Of a DNA stretch of 64,000 nucleotides, positions 41,226 to 54,127 are shown piece after piece (position 1 is the stretch's first letter; each line of letters opens with the position of its first letter). The stretch comes from Callorhinchus milii. Its lineage: Eukaryota. A program made the translations under genes and the position numbers. Where the stretch lies: the NCBI RefSeq assembly GCF_018977255.1, contig NW_024704742.1:15254001-15318000 (forward strand), given 5' to 3'. The notes beneath the pieces are model-generated. The model searched no databases. It saw only the letters and a program-made list of their open reading frames with translations, and had not been told where the DNA came from.

Positions 41226-43159
41226 TAAAAAAGATTTCCCTTGTTATGTTTTCTGCTCCAGTGGAAAAATATTCCATTTTTCAAGCCTATCATCAGGAGT
41301 ATAATCCCACCCATGGTATTATCTGGATGATACATTGGATGGTATACCCTTTCAATGTAGAAATCCGTGGATTCCTCTCGATCACAAATACAAGTGATGC
41401 AAAGGTTTATTCTTCTGTGATTTATTGCTTCCCAGCATATCACACGTTATTGAGCTGCTGAGTAACATCACAGTTATTAACTTGAGTACACTGTCAGTTT
41501 TAAGAACTGTTTCGGTGACCAGTGGTAGAAAGCTTGGTAAAACCAAACGGAATATACCATGATCACATTGGAGAATGAACTCACAATATTCAGCAACCAT
41601 AAAATGGGGGAAATGCTACACAGTGATCTACCATAATGATCAATAAGGAGTGCATTTTTTTGTATATTTTTACAATGCGATTCCCAATATGATTTTTCCT
41701 GAAGAAGCAGCAATTATAAATTGTGCAAGAATTCAACATGTCAGCTTTCAACCTATTATCATGGTCTTGCAGACAGAGGTGTCTCACAGGCAGTAATGGT
41801 GGTGACACTTACCATTCCACTCAGAAGCATTTGCAAGAGCAACCTTGTTGCTGCCTGGCTCAATGAGGCTTCACATAGTGCCCAGAAATGCTCTGGGCCC
41901 ACGCTAATCGGAAATGTGGTACACACATTTTACCATAGTGACAAGCCCTTTTCTCACACTAATAAGTGGCCAATTTCCAGGTCATCATGTTTCTTCTGGC
42001 TTCACTTCCTGGTAAGTTGCATGCATTTTGGTTGGTCAGTTGTCCAGTTAGGACTATTAGACCCTTTGAGGCTTTGGCTTGCAGGATTAACAGGACTTGA
42101 ACGGGAAGAACCCCTACTTCTAATGACTGGTCAGCCCTCCACATCCTATTTATGAGCCAAGCTGACTGGTCTGTCATAAGCAGTACCCTGGAATACCGTA
42201 GACCCACTTGGCTCAGGAACCAGACCACCTAGACACTGCAGAGAACCAAGTTGATTCCAATATTCCGTTACCAAATATGACAACGTGCAGCTAGTTCCCC
42301 TTCAAGGAGGCATGTTGCAGGCATGTACACTATGTGCAGGAAGTCTGGCTAACACCATTTCCTGCTGCTACGTGCAAGAAAGGCTTCTGATGTCACAAAG
42401 GAGATAGTGATAACACTACCCCTCAGAAGTCTCCGAGCCAGGTCTTCACAAGATGAAGAAGGCCCTTTGGCCCATCCAATTTCATCCTTCCAGAAGACCC
42501 AGTGTAATTTCACCTCATTACAGCATCAAGCTGCTTTTTAAATGACTTGCATGCTTTAGCTTTGTAGCTCTGAGCTACCCTACATGTATGCCTTACTGGA
42601 GGCCTAATTTGTTCAATTCAGAAAAAAGATTTACAAATCATACATCCTTTAGCTACTCAGATGTTGTCAGACTAACCCTCTGAAACTCCACGCAGATGCC
42701 GAACCCTTACAGGCAGCAAGACTCTGGCAACAAGTCAGCTTCTCTCAGACTGACATCCAGGCAGACTGTCAGAGAGTCAGCCTGAAGCACTTTCAAGTAT
42801 ATGAAGGCTTCGCTATTTAAAACTCCTTTAGCAAATAGTGTTCATCTACAAATACAGTCGCTCCACTTTACAGTAAATCCTGTAAAGTACTTTGGGATAT
42901 CACCCTGAAGTGAAAGGCACTATAGCAAATGCAAGGATTATTATTATTATATTATTGCAGCTTAGATCACTCGGTGGAGATAGTTTCTAAGTGGCTTTCA
43001 GTGATTCAATAATAATCAGCTAGACCAATAATACTGCCACATCACACTTCAATGGATGTTACTTTTGTTAGCATATTTGAATTTCCTGAAATTACTATTT
43101 TCTGCAGGAGGTGGACATTTTGTGCACCAGGCACAAGCCATTTTGAATTATTTTATTAC

Positions 43160-43285
43160 AGGACAAGTTTGGGGAGAGAAGGGGAATTGGGATTGAATTG
43201 GATAGCCTTTTTCAAAAGCCGGCACAGATACGATGGGTTGAATGGCCTCCTTCTGCGCTGTATAATTCTATGATTCTATGATTAT
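43160..43285 (+). mobile_element. CR1 3' tail
   Basis: gccggcacagatacgatgggttgaatggcctccttctgcgctgtata(attctatg)2. Confidence 0.8.
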
Positions 43286-43414
43286 TAAGTCCTATTTGGA
43301 CTAATGATTATAGTTACTTTGCTCTTCTTGTACTGCCACATGCATCCACATTCAATTTGCAAGTCAATATACTTCCTGATCTTCTCTAGTTCCTTATTTT
43401 CACGGAGTTATTTA

Positions 43415-43770
43415 CTGTATCGATTAGAGCACATGGCTTACAAGCAATAGGACCTGGGTTTGATTCCCGAGTAGGGTGAAACCTCAGGCAAGTTTTCTTA
43501 TTCTACACAAATCAGTTTACCTAGCAGTAAGTAGGAACCCGGTTGTTAGTCAATTGGCAGATCACTTTCTGGGGGTAATAATCCCTTAAAAAAATTATAA
43601 TAATTTGGTTACTCAATCCATGAGTTTTTGGGACACTGCTGTGCAGAATTGGCTGCTGCATTTTGCCCATAAAATATACAGTCAATTCACTTTACAGGAT
43701 ATTCTGTGAAACTCTTCGAGATATCTAGAAGATGTGAAAAGTGCTATATCAAATGCAAGGATTATTGTTA
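43415..43770 (+). mobile_element. SINE family A
   Basis: ttagagcac...gggtttgattccc B-box, body and tail. Confidence 0.85.
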
Positions 43771-45489
43771 TCAGCCAACCATCAAAATACTTAGACATTG
43801 ATAGCAGTCTACCAAGCCTCATCGATTCAATCATAGCTTTTAATATAGACATTGAGCTTTTCTGTTCTATAAGCTGCCGACCACAAGTTAGAATGGCAGT
43901 GAATTTATACAAGGCAGCGTTTAACCATTTCCCCTCCTGAATACAATTCGGGTCTATTCCTGTCAAACTGCAGTTGTGTTGCAATATTTCACAGTGATGC
44001 CTTTTTTAAAAAGCACTAATATCACACTGCGGGAAAAAGGTCACCATGTGTCTTGCTTAAGTGTAAATATATTAATGTCATATCTGTTCATGTGTAACCA
44101 AAACTATTTATAATCATGGCAGGTTCTTTTCTTCAAGTTCCTTCAGGGAATGGAATGGTGATCGCAGTTCTTCAGCGTGTGGTAAAAATCTTATTCATAT
44201 CAACTGATTTATGATCAAAACACTGGGGATGGTGTGGAGACTCTGAACCAAAGGACCCAGACAGTACATTAATGTGAGCCAAACTGTGGACAGCTTGTCA
44301 GGATCGTGTATCATTTTCGGTGGTGAAAAGAGTGAGGTTCCCAAAGGCTAAGCAGGAAACCAGCCAAATAAATTCTCTTAGCCTCATAATTTTGGATCTT
44401 AAGTCAAAGGTGACGTCTTGCCAGCTGATGCCAAGGCACCCAGACCATAAAGCAGCATTCATATATGAGAAATATTGCTCTATATCAAATGCAAGGATTA
44501 TTATTATTCACAAGTTGGGAGGAAGGAAAATCTCTCCACCACCTTGAAGAAGGGAGAATGTTTGTTGTGTAAATAGAGAAGGAAAATAAATTTTTGAGCA
44601 GTTCATCCCAAGTAGAGGTGAATTAGAAAAAGGGCTTAAAAATATGTAGTAACAATAATAATACTGGCATTTGATATAGCGTCTTATCACATCATCAAAG
44701 CATCTCATATCGCTTCACAGATTTTACTGCAAGGTGTACAAACTGTGTCCTTTGTAGGTGAATATTAAACTGGTAGTTAAACTGGCATCATATTATATTT
44801 GCATTAAATACAACCAGAAAAATTTAATATTTAATTTAACATTTAACAATTTAACATAACAGAAAACAGTGCTTTTCTGAGATGGTGAGCTGGTTTGATC
44901 AAATTTTAAATATGATTTCTCAAATACTTCCAGATACTTTGGAAAGAATTTACAACTTTATAATCACTCCCAATGTACGAGTGGTTCTTAATAATGATAA
45001 AGTAATCCTTGCCGTTGATATAGCACTTTATCATCGAAATATGCAGGAAGTCACAAGATCACAAGTTTGTAAAGAGAGAAGGAAAAAATGTTTGCATGGG
45101 GCAGGCAGAGAAAGGGGGTGAAATAGGCCTGAACATACCTGCATCTCAGATAGGCAATCCTCCCCACTGCTGCTCTGTAAAACAGCGGGAATAGTAAGGC
45201 AGAGGATTCCCCATAAGAACATTCAGATTCTACTTCTAAACTAAGCAGCAAAAGTAAACATAAAATAAACAACAGATACCAAGTGGTGACCAGAAGGCAG
45301 CTATTTCAAGGGGCTTCAAAGGATGACTTCGATCAGAGCCAAAGAAGCAATTCTTAAGTGTATTGAATTATCCTTGGATTCTCCTGGAGAGATTACTTTG
45401 TTATCACTCCCAATGTACCAATGTACCCAATGGCTCTTAATATAACAACACAATCCTTGCATTTGATATTGTGCTTTATCACAGCATCA

Positions 45490-46210
45490 AAATCACAAGA
45501 TTGGTCTGGATGAAGAAGGCTCTTTGGCCCATCTGATCTCATGCCTCCAGAGCACCCACCCTACTGCCCCCTCCCCCATCACTGCATCAAGCTGCTTATT
45601 AAACAAGTCCAGTGCCCTGGCCAATACCACATTTCCTTCCAACCTCTTCCAAGTTATTGATTAGCCTCTGGGTAAAGAAATCCTTCCTAGTATCTTTCCT
45701 GAAATTACCCTTCACAACTCTAAACCTATGTCCTCTTGTTTTACTGCCACGATACATCCTAAAGTTTAATCTAGATTTCCTTTTTCAAACCTATTTAAAA
45801 TGTTGTATTCCTCTATGAGGTGCCCTGTGAGTTATCTTCTCTCAATAATGAAGAGCCCTAGCTTATCTAGTCGTTGTCCAGCTCATTCGTTTAACAATAG
45901 AGATCATCTTTTTGCTCTCCTCTGCACCACCTCTGGAACCCCTTATGTTGCAGTGACCAGAACTTATGCAGTATTCAAAATGCAGTCTGACCAGAGGACT
46001 GTATAGCCTGAGAATGCCATCTGGGGATCTGGACTCGACTGATTTAGTAATATAGCCCAGCATCCTGTTTGCATTTTTTTATTGTTGCCTCACATTGTTT
46101 TGACATAGTGAGTCAACTAACACCCCAAGATCTCGTTCAACATTATTTCTTGGCAAGTTCAATCCAATTCATGGAGTATTTGTGTTTCCTATTCTTGGAT
46201 CCTATATGTA
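45490..46210 (-). mobile_element. CR1 LINE 3' fragment
   Basis: MLGYITKSVESRSPDGILRLYSPLVRLHFEYC resembles CR1 ORF2 C-terminus; 3' UTR near 45490. Confidence 0.85.
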
Positions 46211-46826
46211 GATATCAAAGGTGGCCATTTTTAAAGAAAATGGATTCAGCTGCATTTCCTGTTCACTCTGCACTTGGGTAACGCAACATACATCGACAGT
46301 CATGGCACTTTACAGTGAATCTTGTGAAATGCTTTGAGATGTCCTCCCAATGTGAAAGGCACTAATCCCAAATGTAAGGACGCAGGAAGTGAAAGCATTA
46401 CCAGTCATTTTGAAAGCCAAATGATATGAGCCATACTTTCTGCTTGCTCTGCACATGGGCATCAAATGACATCGTAGGGGCCATTTTCACTCTGTGCCAA
46501 TTAAAACACAGTGCAAACAGGAGAGAACAGGGAGAGAGGAATAGAAGAAGGAAATAGAGGAGAGAGAATAGATAAGGAGAAAGAGGAGATAAGGGGAGGG
46601 AGCGTGAGAGGAGCTTTAATCTTTGACCTACAAGCACATAAGAAGGGTGTGGTTCTGCTTCAAACAAAAATTGAAACTTTTCTGTGTGCTTTGTAAGAAA
46701 TGCATATAGCCAGACCCTGTTAAAACATGCCCTGCTTATAGTACACTCACACCATGGACATGGTGAAGGGTTTCCACATGTGTCAGACATCCAGTTGACC
46801 AAAAATAAAGTATACTGCAAGTATGT

Positions 46827-47250
46827 GTCAGCCTGACTCCATTGGTAGCACTCTTGCCTTGGAGTCAGAGGTTGTGGGATGAATCCCCATATTAGTACTT
46901 TGTTAGTTGATACCCATAGTTGATACTCCAATATAGTACTGGAAGTGTTGCAATTTTAGAGGTGCCATTCTTCGGATGAGACATTAAACTGCCTAAAGTC
47001 TGTTGTTAAAGATCCCATGGCACTATACGAAAAGAGAAGGGAGTTTCTTCCAGTGTCCTGACCAACAAACCCCCAATTAAAATAGATTTTTATTTTACAG
47101 GTGATTGAGGGACATTGCTGAGTGCAAATCGGCCACCGCATTTGCCCACATGATACAGTCACTAGACTCTACAGTAAATGCTGTGAAGCGCTTTGAGACA
47201 CCATCCCAATGTTCAACGCACTATATCAAATGTAAGGACTATTATTATTA
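46827..47250 (+). mobile_element. tRNA-derived SINE family B with Deu-domain-like core (SacSINE1/AmnSINE1-like)
   Basis: Head gtcagcctgactccattggtagcactc...gagtcagaggttgtggg; core gaggtgcc..cttcggatgagac.ttaaac...aaagatcccatggcactat; L2-type tail. Confidence 0.8.
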
Positions 47251-47544
47251 AGTGCAGCGCATGTCCAGCTTTTGGAATTGACTTTCTGAACATAGTGCCC
47301 TTGTACAGTGCAGCAGAGGTGACAACAGAGGAGACTGTGACCTAATATCCAGGAAACGCTAATCCGGAAACAGACATTTTTAGAACATGTTCTTTTATAA
47401 CAAAGGGTTGATTTTATGAATCTAAATCACCATGGTATAATGGGCTCTGCTGTACCTACCCAATAGTCTCGACTAGAAATAGCCCTGCTGCCAAGGGTGA
47501 ATAATAGCTTTAAGATGCTAAGATTACCTCCAAGGATGAGCACA

Positions 47545-47860
47545 ATAATAATAATCCTTGCATTTGATATAGCGCCTTATCATGTCTTTGAGACATCTCA
47601 AAGCGCTTCAAAGAATTTACTGTAAAGTGAATTGATTGTATTTTATGGGCGAAATGCGGCAGCCAGTTGCACACAGCATTGTCCCACAAACTGTTGTGGA
47701 TTGAGTGACCAAATTATTACTTTTTTTAAGAAATTACCCCCAGAAAAGTAATCTGCCAATCAACTAACAACCGGGTACTTGCTGCTAGGTAAACAGAGGT
47801 GTGTGGAGCAGGGAAACTTGCCTAAGATTTCGCCCTCCATGGGAATCGAACCCAGGTCCA
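47545..47860 (-). mobile_element. SINE family A
   Basis: gggaatcgaacccagg (B-box reverse), body and tail. Confidence 0.85.
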
Positions 47861-48848
47861 CAATGGTGGTGCTTTGTCTCTAGGTTATCACCACATTGAC
47901 GCAAAAGGTTAATTTATTTCTAAGCAAGGACACATTTCTGAGCACATTCTGAGGTATGTGTGATTTAATAATTATATATGAAAACAATCCTGGGTGGAGA
48001 ATGCAACACTTGCAGAGATAGTGGTGCATTCTGAAAGCATACCAGTAGAGGGCAGACAAGATTCTTAAACACAACAGGGTAAGAAAGTCCTCCCAATACC
48101 ATAAGAGTTAGCCTTGGGCACTTTTATTCACTTCTTCAGATAACTGTGCATCAAACTTTGTTGTATTTTCAACAGGTAGCAAAGATTTGATTTCTATGAA
48201 ACATAGCTGTGCTTAAGTCATTACACTCAATAGTAATTCTGATCCCTCATCTTTACCTGAATGACCTCCTCATTGTTATTCTGAGTTATGATGATGAGTT
48301 CTTACCTTATTGTTAATAACAATGCTTAAATAGTATTACCATTCACTTGTGTACACATGACAAAGCATGGTCTCTGGAAATCCATCCTGGAGTCCCTCAG
48401 CTTCACAATCTTTGAAGCCTGCTTTAAGACCTTTATTTTCCATCCACTTTTAGTCATCTTTCCTCACCTCCCCAATTCCCATCTCAGCTTTGAAACTGGC
48501 TCTGTTAAGCGCTTTGAAACCACCCGATGTGAAAGTCACATTATAAATGTAAAATTGTTGTTGTTCCATCAGTTTATTAGATCTTAGCAGATCCTTTAAT
48601 CCCAATGTGCGGGACATTCAACATGCCCCTCAATAGCTCTACTACCCAAGTATCTGTCTAACCTCTTTTTAAACATCTCTACTGATTCCACCACTATAGC
48701 TTTCTGGGGAAGATACTCCACACTTTCACAACTATCTGTGTGCAGAAATAATTCCTGACCTCAGTTCTATCTCTCTTGGTTCTGATGTTAAGGCTGCGTT
48801 CCCTTACAATAGAGTTCCATATGATTGACACATCTTACATCCGATGAT

Positions 48849-48986
48849 AAAACAAAATGCAAAATACTGGAAATCTGAAACTTCAGTTCTGACGAAGACT
48901 CATGGACTCCAAACGTAGACTCACTTTCTTTCTCCATAGATGCTGCCTGACCTTCTGAATGTTCCCAGCGACTTCTGTTTTTGTTC
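48849..48986 (+). mobile_element. Short Penelope-derived insertion with inverted 5' segment and 13-bp target-site duplication
   Basis: Flanked by tacatccgatgat at 48836-48848 and 48987-48999; body homologous to 33205-33339. Confidence 0.85.
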
Positions 48987-50027
48987 TACATCCGATGATG
49001 TTCAGCACGTTTTTTGAACTGACAATGAAAACTGCTGTCTCTGGTAGAGAAATTTAATTTGAACAAGTATTTCTGGAAAAGTCCAAAATATTTTACAAAA
49101 TTGTGAAATCACTTCTCATCAGATTTAGGAATTGTGCGAAACAACTACTGATTTTCACCCTCACACTGTTCGCGTTCTAGTCAGAACTTCATAAAAATAG
49201 GTTGATGGGACAAATCTACTCACTGAATATCATCAACATTGCTCACCTTCAAAATGCACAGTCACTACACTTTGCAGTAAATCCATTGAAGAGCTTTGAG
49301 ACATCTTCCTGAGTTGAAAAGCGCTAAATCAGATGCAAGGATTTTTAAGGATCATTATTATTTATATGTTATTCTTGAGGCACAGCCGAACACACGCAGA
49401 CTTTCAAACAAGCTAAACAAGCTAAACAGCACTGTAGAAGATCATTCTGAGCCACTGAAGCAGTCACCTAGCAAGAAAGAGTAATTTCTTCTTCACATAA
49501 AAAGGTCATCACGCATTATAGTGCAACAACAACTTACATTTGTCTAGCGCTTTCCACGTCGGGAGGATGACCCAAAACAACTACAGTACAGGGAGATTGA
49601 TGGCAAATCAAGTAATGAGTGTAATTAACAGTGCTGCTCTAGATTGTAATTATATAACTGTGACCATCATTTTCATTTGGCTTTCTTGTATGTGAGGGTC
49701 ACATCAGTGCCCACGTTTATTGAGCATTACAATATAATTAACTCAAACATAAATCTAAATCTGTTCTTCCTATACTTCAGTCAGGTGAGCAAGGCTAGTG
49801 GAGGATTTTTAAACCACAAGACAGTGAATCCCCCACTGGTTTTATAATCCATAATGGAAGTAATTAGAGCGCATAAAAACATCAAAGCGATTAAACTGGG
49901 AATGCATGAGTACAAGATTATGCTCCTTTGCTGATGATATTTTGATGCCCGACAGTCTCCAAATTACTCAACCTACTTTTGAGTACTTTTTGTGTGTAAT
50001 TTCCCTTCTTTGCCGGTTACTTTCAGT

Positions 50028-50290
50028 TAATAATAATCCTTGCATTAGGTATAGCGCTTTTCACATCTTCTAGATGTCTCAAAGCGCTTCACAGAATATA
50101 CTGTAAAGTGAATTGACTGTATATTTCTGGGTGAAACACAGCAGCCAATTGCGTACAGCAGTGTCCCACAAATAGACATGCATTGAGTGATCCAATTATT
50201 ATTGTTTTTTGAGGGATTATTAACCCTGGATAAGCAGTGTCCCACAAACAGTCGGGGATTGAAGTGATATCAGGAAATATCTCTGTACCC
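50028..50290 (-). mobile_element. SINE family A, 5'-truncated, with internal repeat of gcagtgtcccacaaa
   Basis: Shared tail and body. Confidence 0.8.
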
Positions 50291-51059
50291 AGATTGTAAT
50301 GAATAGCTGCAATGGATTACCAGGAAAAACAACTTGGCACTGTGAAATGAGAGCAGTAGAGTAGGTATTCTGGAGGGATAAGAATAAATGGGCCAAAGGA
50401 CTTTTTCATCCAAACCAATCTTGTGATCTAAAGTATGTCTGACCCATGATTGACACTTGTTATGCCCCCGATATATGAAGCAGGATATATTTGGGATAGA
50501 TATGCAGTGCCTGTCTGTAGGCACTGAGTAGACAACAGATGTCAACTCACATCTCCAGTCCACTGGCAAAACACATCCCGCTGGCAGCTCAGTGTGACAT
50601 AGGCCATGCAATGTGACTTAAGGGGAAAACTATATTAGATAACCGGACAGTTATATAAACAAAACTTATAAGATAACGAGCAGTTATATGATCACAAAAT
50701 AGTAGGTCGAGTATTTTAGGGGCTGCAGAAAATCAAAGTAGATTTATCAATGAATATAATCTTGTACTCTTGCCTAGCCATGACAATCACATTGATGTTA
50801 TTATGAAATCTAATTACTTTCATTAAAGCTTGCAGACCCAGTGAATTCATAGTCTTGTCCCTTGCAATAATACTATTGATGAGAACCATGACTCATTACA
50901 GAAGCCAAGATCCACATAATTCCACCACATATTTACAATTGCATGAGAGATCAGGGTGAAGCAGGTACTTCAAATCCACTTGATTTCATTATTCCAGAAC
51001 AGATATACTGTGAAGATATACTTCCTGGAGATTGTTGTGAAAGGCAACTTCCATACCAA

Positions 51060-51387
51060 GGCAAGGGAAAAACTGTTTCCACTAGTGGGTGTGTCGGTCG
51101 CAGATTCAAAATAGTCTCTAAAAGAAGCAGAGGGTAGGTGAGAAGAAATTTTTTCATGCAGCGAGTTGTTCGAATCTGGAACGCATTGCCTGAAAGGGTG
51201 GTGGAGGCCGATTCGATAACTACTTTTAAAAAAAGCGGTGGACGGGTATTTGAGGACAAGTTTGCAGGGTTATGGAGGAGTGGGAGGGCTGGGGAGTGGG
51301 ATTGACATTAACTGCTCTATTCAAAGAACCGGCACAAACCCGATGGGCCGAATGGCCTCTTTTTGTGCTGCACGATTCTATGATTTT
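51060..51387 (+). mobile_element. CR1 LINE 3' end
   Basis: RRNFFMQRVVRIWNALPERVVEA plus gatgggccgaatggcctc...attctatgatt tail. Confidence 0.88.
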
Positions 51388-51579
51388 GCAACTCTTCCAA
51401 AAATTCATAACCTTGGTTTGTCAAACTGATGAATACAACACTACCAGGAACCTTGGTTAGGAATAATCTCTGTAATGGCTAATATTGATACAGTAGAACA
51501 TCTGAACAAAATGCATTTGCAGAGATATTGCAGACTCTTACTTTTTACTTAGTCTGTGCACAATTGCCTGCCTCACACC

Positions 51580-52830
51580 GTATAGCGTCTTTCACATCGG
51601 GAGGACGTCTGAAGGCACTGGACAGTCAGTGGTTTGGACCCGAGCTGGGGTTGGGATCAGGTGGAAGGGAGGATAGCTGAAGGCACAGTTGAAGAGGAGG
51701 GTCTTCAGACGTGAATTGAAGGAGAAGGTTTCAAAGGGTGGGGCAGAGAGGCTGAAGACCCGACTGCCGATGATGGGAAGGGCTGGGCAGGGGACATGCA
51801 GCAATCCAGAGCCTGCTAAGTGGAGGGAATGGACAGGTTGATATGGGGTTAACAGTTCATAGAGGTAGGAAGTAGCAAGGCCGTGGAGGGCCTTGAAGGC
51901 GAGATTGAGGATTTTGAACTCTATTCTCTGTGGAATGGGGAGCCAGTGAAGCTGGGCAAGGGTGGGGTTGATAGTGTCCCAGAGCTTGGTGTGGGAGAGG
52001 ATACAGGCTGCAGAATTCTGGATGATCTGCAGCTTGTGGAGGGAAGGCCAACAAGCAGGGAGTTGGCGTAGTCGAGCCTAGATGTGATAAATGTGTGGGA
52101 TGAGGGTTTTGGCAGCCTGAGGGAAGAGGCAGTGGCGGAGTCGGGTGATGTTGCGGAAGTGGGGGAAGACGGATCGGGTCATGTTACGGATATGGGGTAG
52201 AAAGGACAGTTGTGGGTCAAACAAAACACCAAGGTTCCGGACTGGCTCAGTGAGGTGGAGAGTGCATCCTTGGATGGTGATGCTGTCAGCGCCTGAGGTG
52301 AGGAGGCGCTGATGGGAGCCAATCAGGAGAGCCTCGGTCTTGTTAATGTTCAACTGCAAAAAGTTAGCTTTCATCCAGGACTTGATGTCTGACAAACATT
52401 CTGTCAGGACAGCAGTGGATCTGGAGTTGATGGTGGAGGCAGAAAGGTAGAGTTGGGTGTCATCCGCATACATGTGGAAGTTAACCCCATGTCTGCGGAT
52501 GATGTCACCAGAGGGAGCATGTAGATATTGAAGAAGAGAGGACCAAGGACACAGCCCTGAGGAACTCCACACGAGACGGTCTGGGAGCCGGAGGAGAAGA
52601 CGCTTGTGGAGACAAAGTGGAGAAGGTGTAAAAGTAGGATCTGGATCTGAACTAGTGAAGGACAGAGCCATGAAGGTTGAGGTGAAAGGAGAGGCAGTGG
52701 AGAAGGATAGAATGGTCAACCGTGTTAAAAGCAGCAGAGAGGTCAAGGAGGACGACGAGACAGAGGGAACCCTGGTCACAGATGGACAAAATGTCATGTG
52801 TCACTTTGACCAAGGCTGTTTCTGTGCTGT
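51580..52830 (-). mobile_element. Older L2 LINE fragment with RT domain
   Basis: ORFs 52078-52797 and 52652-52936: [39 protein letters not shown]; frameshifted. Confidence 0.92.
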
Positions 52831-53439
52831 AGGCAGCATGGAAATCAGATTGACCAACAAAACACATAGTGAATTCACTTGACAGTACAATATATGAAGC
52901 ACTTTGAGACATCTGAATGATGTGATAAGGCATCATATCAAAGGCAAGAATTATTATTTACTGTTGCTGTTGAGAAAAAGGAGTGAAATCCTATAACTTG
53001 TGCATTCTGTAAGGTTTGTAATACTTTTCTAAAAAGGACTGGATAAGATTTTTTGATATGCTCAAACTCAATATTACTCTTAATGAGACAAGGGAAGGCC
53101 AGAGATTTTTTTAAAAATCAGTAGCTTCTCATAAAGGATACACTGGGCAGCATTTATTTGGAAAATGATTCAAAGACTTCACTTATCTCCCTTGTTTGTT
53201 ATCTATGTTACACCTGAGATCCAACATACAGTAGCTGCACTGGTTCTCTATTAGTTCTCTTTGGAGATGAATCGTCAGCCCTTTGTTTTCAAAGTATTTG
53301 CAATACAGTGCTTAATCATTTAGATACACAATGATAGATTACATTTGTTGCTTGCAGTGATAGCTTAGATTGACACTAAATAGTTCCCAACAAGAAAACA
53401 GCAAACAAGTATGGGCAGCAAAATAGAGTGGAGTCTCAC

Positions 53440-53725
53440 GATAACAACAACAACAACTTGGATTTATATAGCGCCCTCCACGCCGGACGGCGTCTCAGAG
53501 CACTTCACAATAATGGATCCCGAGACCGAGCCAGCGGGAGGGGGAGGAAGGTTACCAAAGGTGCGCTCGAAAAGAAAGGTCTTCAGCAGAGACCTGAAAA
53601 TAGGAAGAGAAGGAACAAGACAAAGGGAGTGAGGAAGGGAGTTCCAGAGCCTCGGGGCATAGTGGCTGAAGGCACAGCCGCCGAGGGTGGAGCGGAGGAC
53701 TCGGGAGACAAGAAGGAGGCCAGTT
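53440..53725 (-). mobile_element. L2 3' fragment (second subfamily)
   Basis: (AAC)n cttggatttatatagcgccc tail; gagttccagagcctcggggc. Confidence 0.85.
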
Positions 53726-54127
53726 GTTGGGATAATGAATAATGTAGTTGTTGGGATCCATAAAATCCGACCCTGAGCTATAGTGAAGCATAATGGCTGA
53801 CTTCACTGCACATATGCGCTCTCGGCTGGCTCCCATGGTAAAACAAAAAATGGCCGTGCAGGTTAGCGAGGCACTGCCAATGTCACTTTCTGTTGGCTGT
53901 GTATGCTCAAAAAAAGTGACATCAGCAGCAACCTGATGGCCTGTATGTCAAACCATTTTCGAACAAGAAGCTGGCTGGCTCACAGGAAATGAGTGGGCAT
54001 ATGTATAATGATTGGGGTCCAACCTCATGTTACTGCAATTCACACGATAAAGATGCACATTATAAACAGGACTGAACTGTATTGCTATCGACCACTGTAT
54101 TGCTATATTGCTGTATTGCTATATTGC

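Noticed and set aside
41225..41810. Cluster of overlapping ~70-aa ORFs suggesting a viral or retrocopy insert
   Set aside because: No recognisable motif, frequent stops in all frames.
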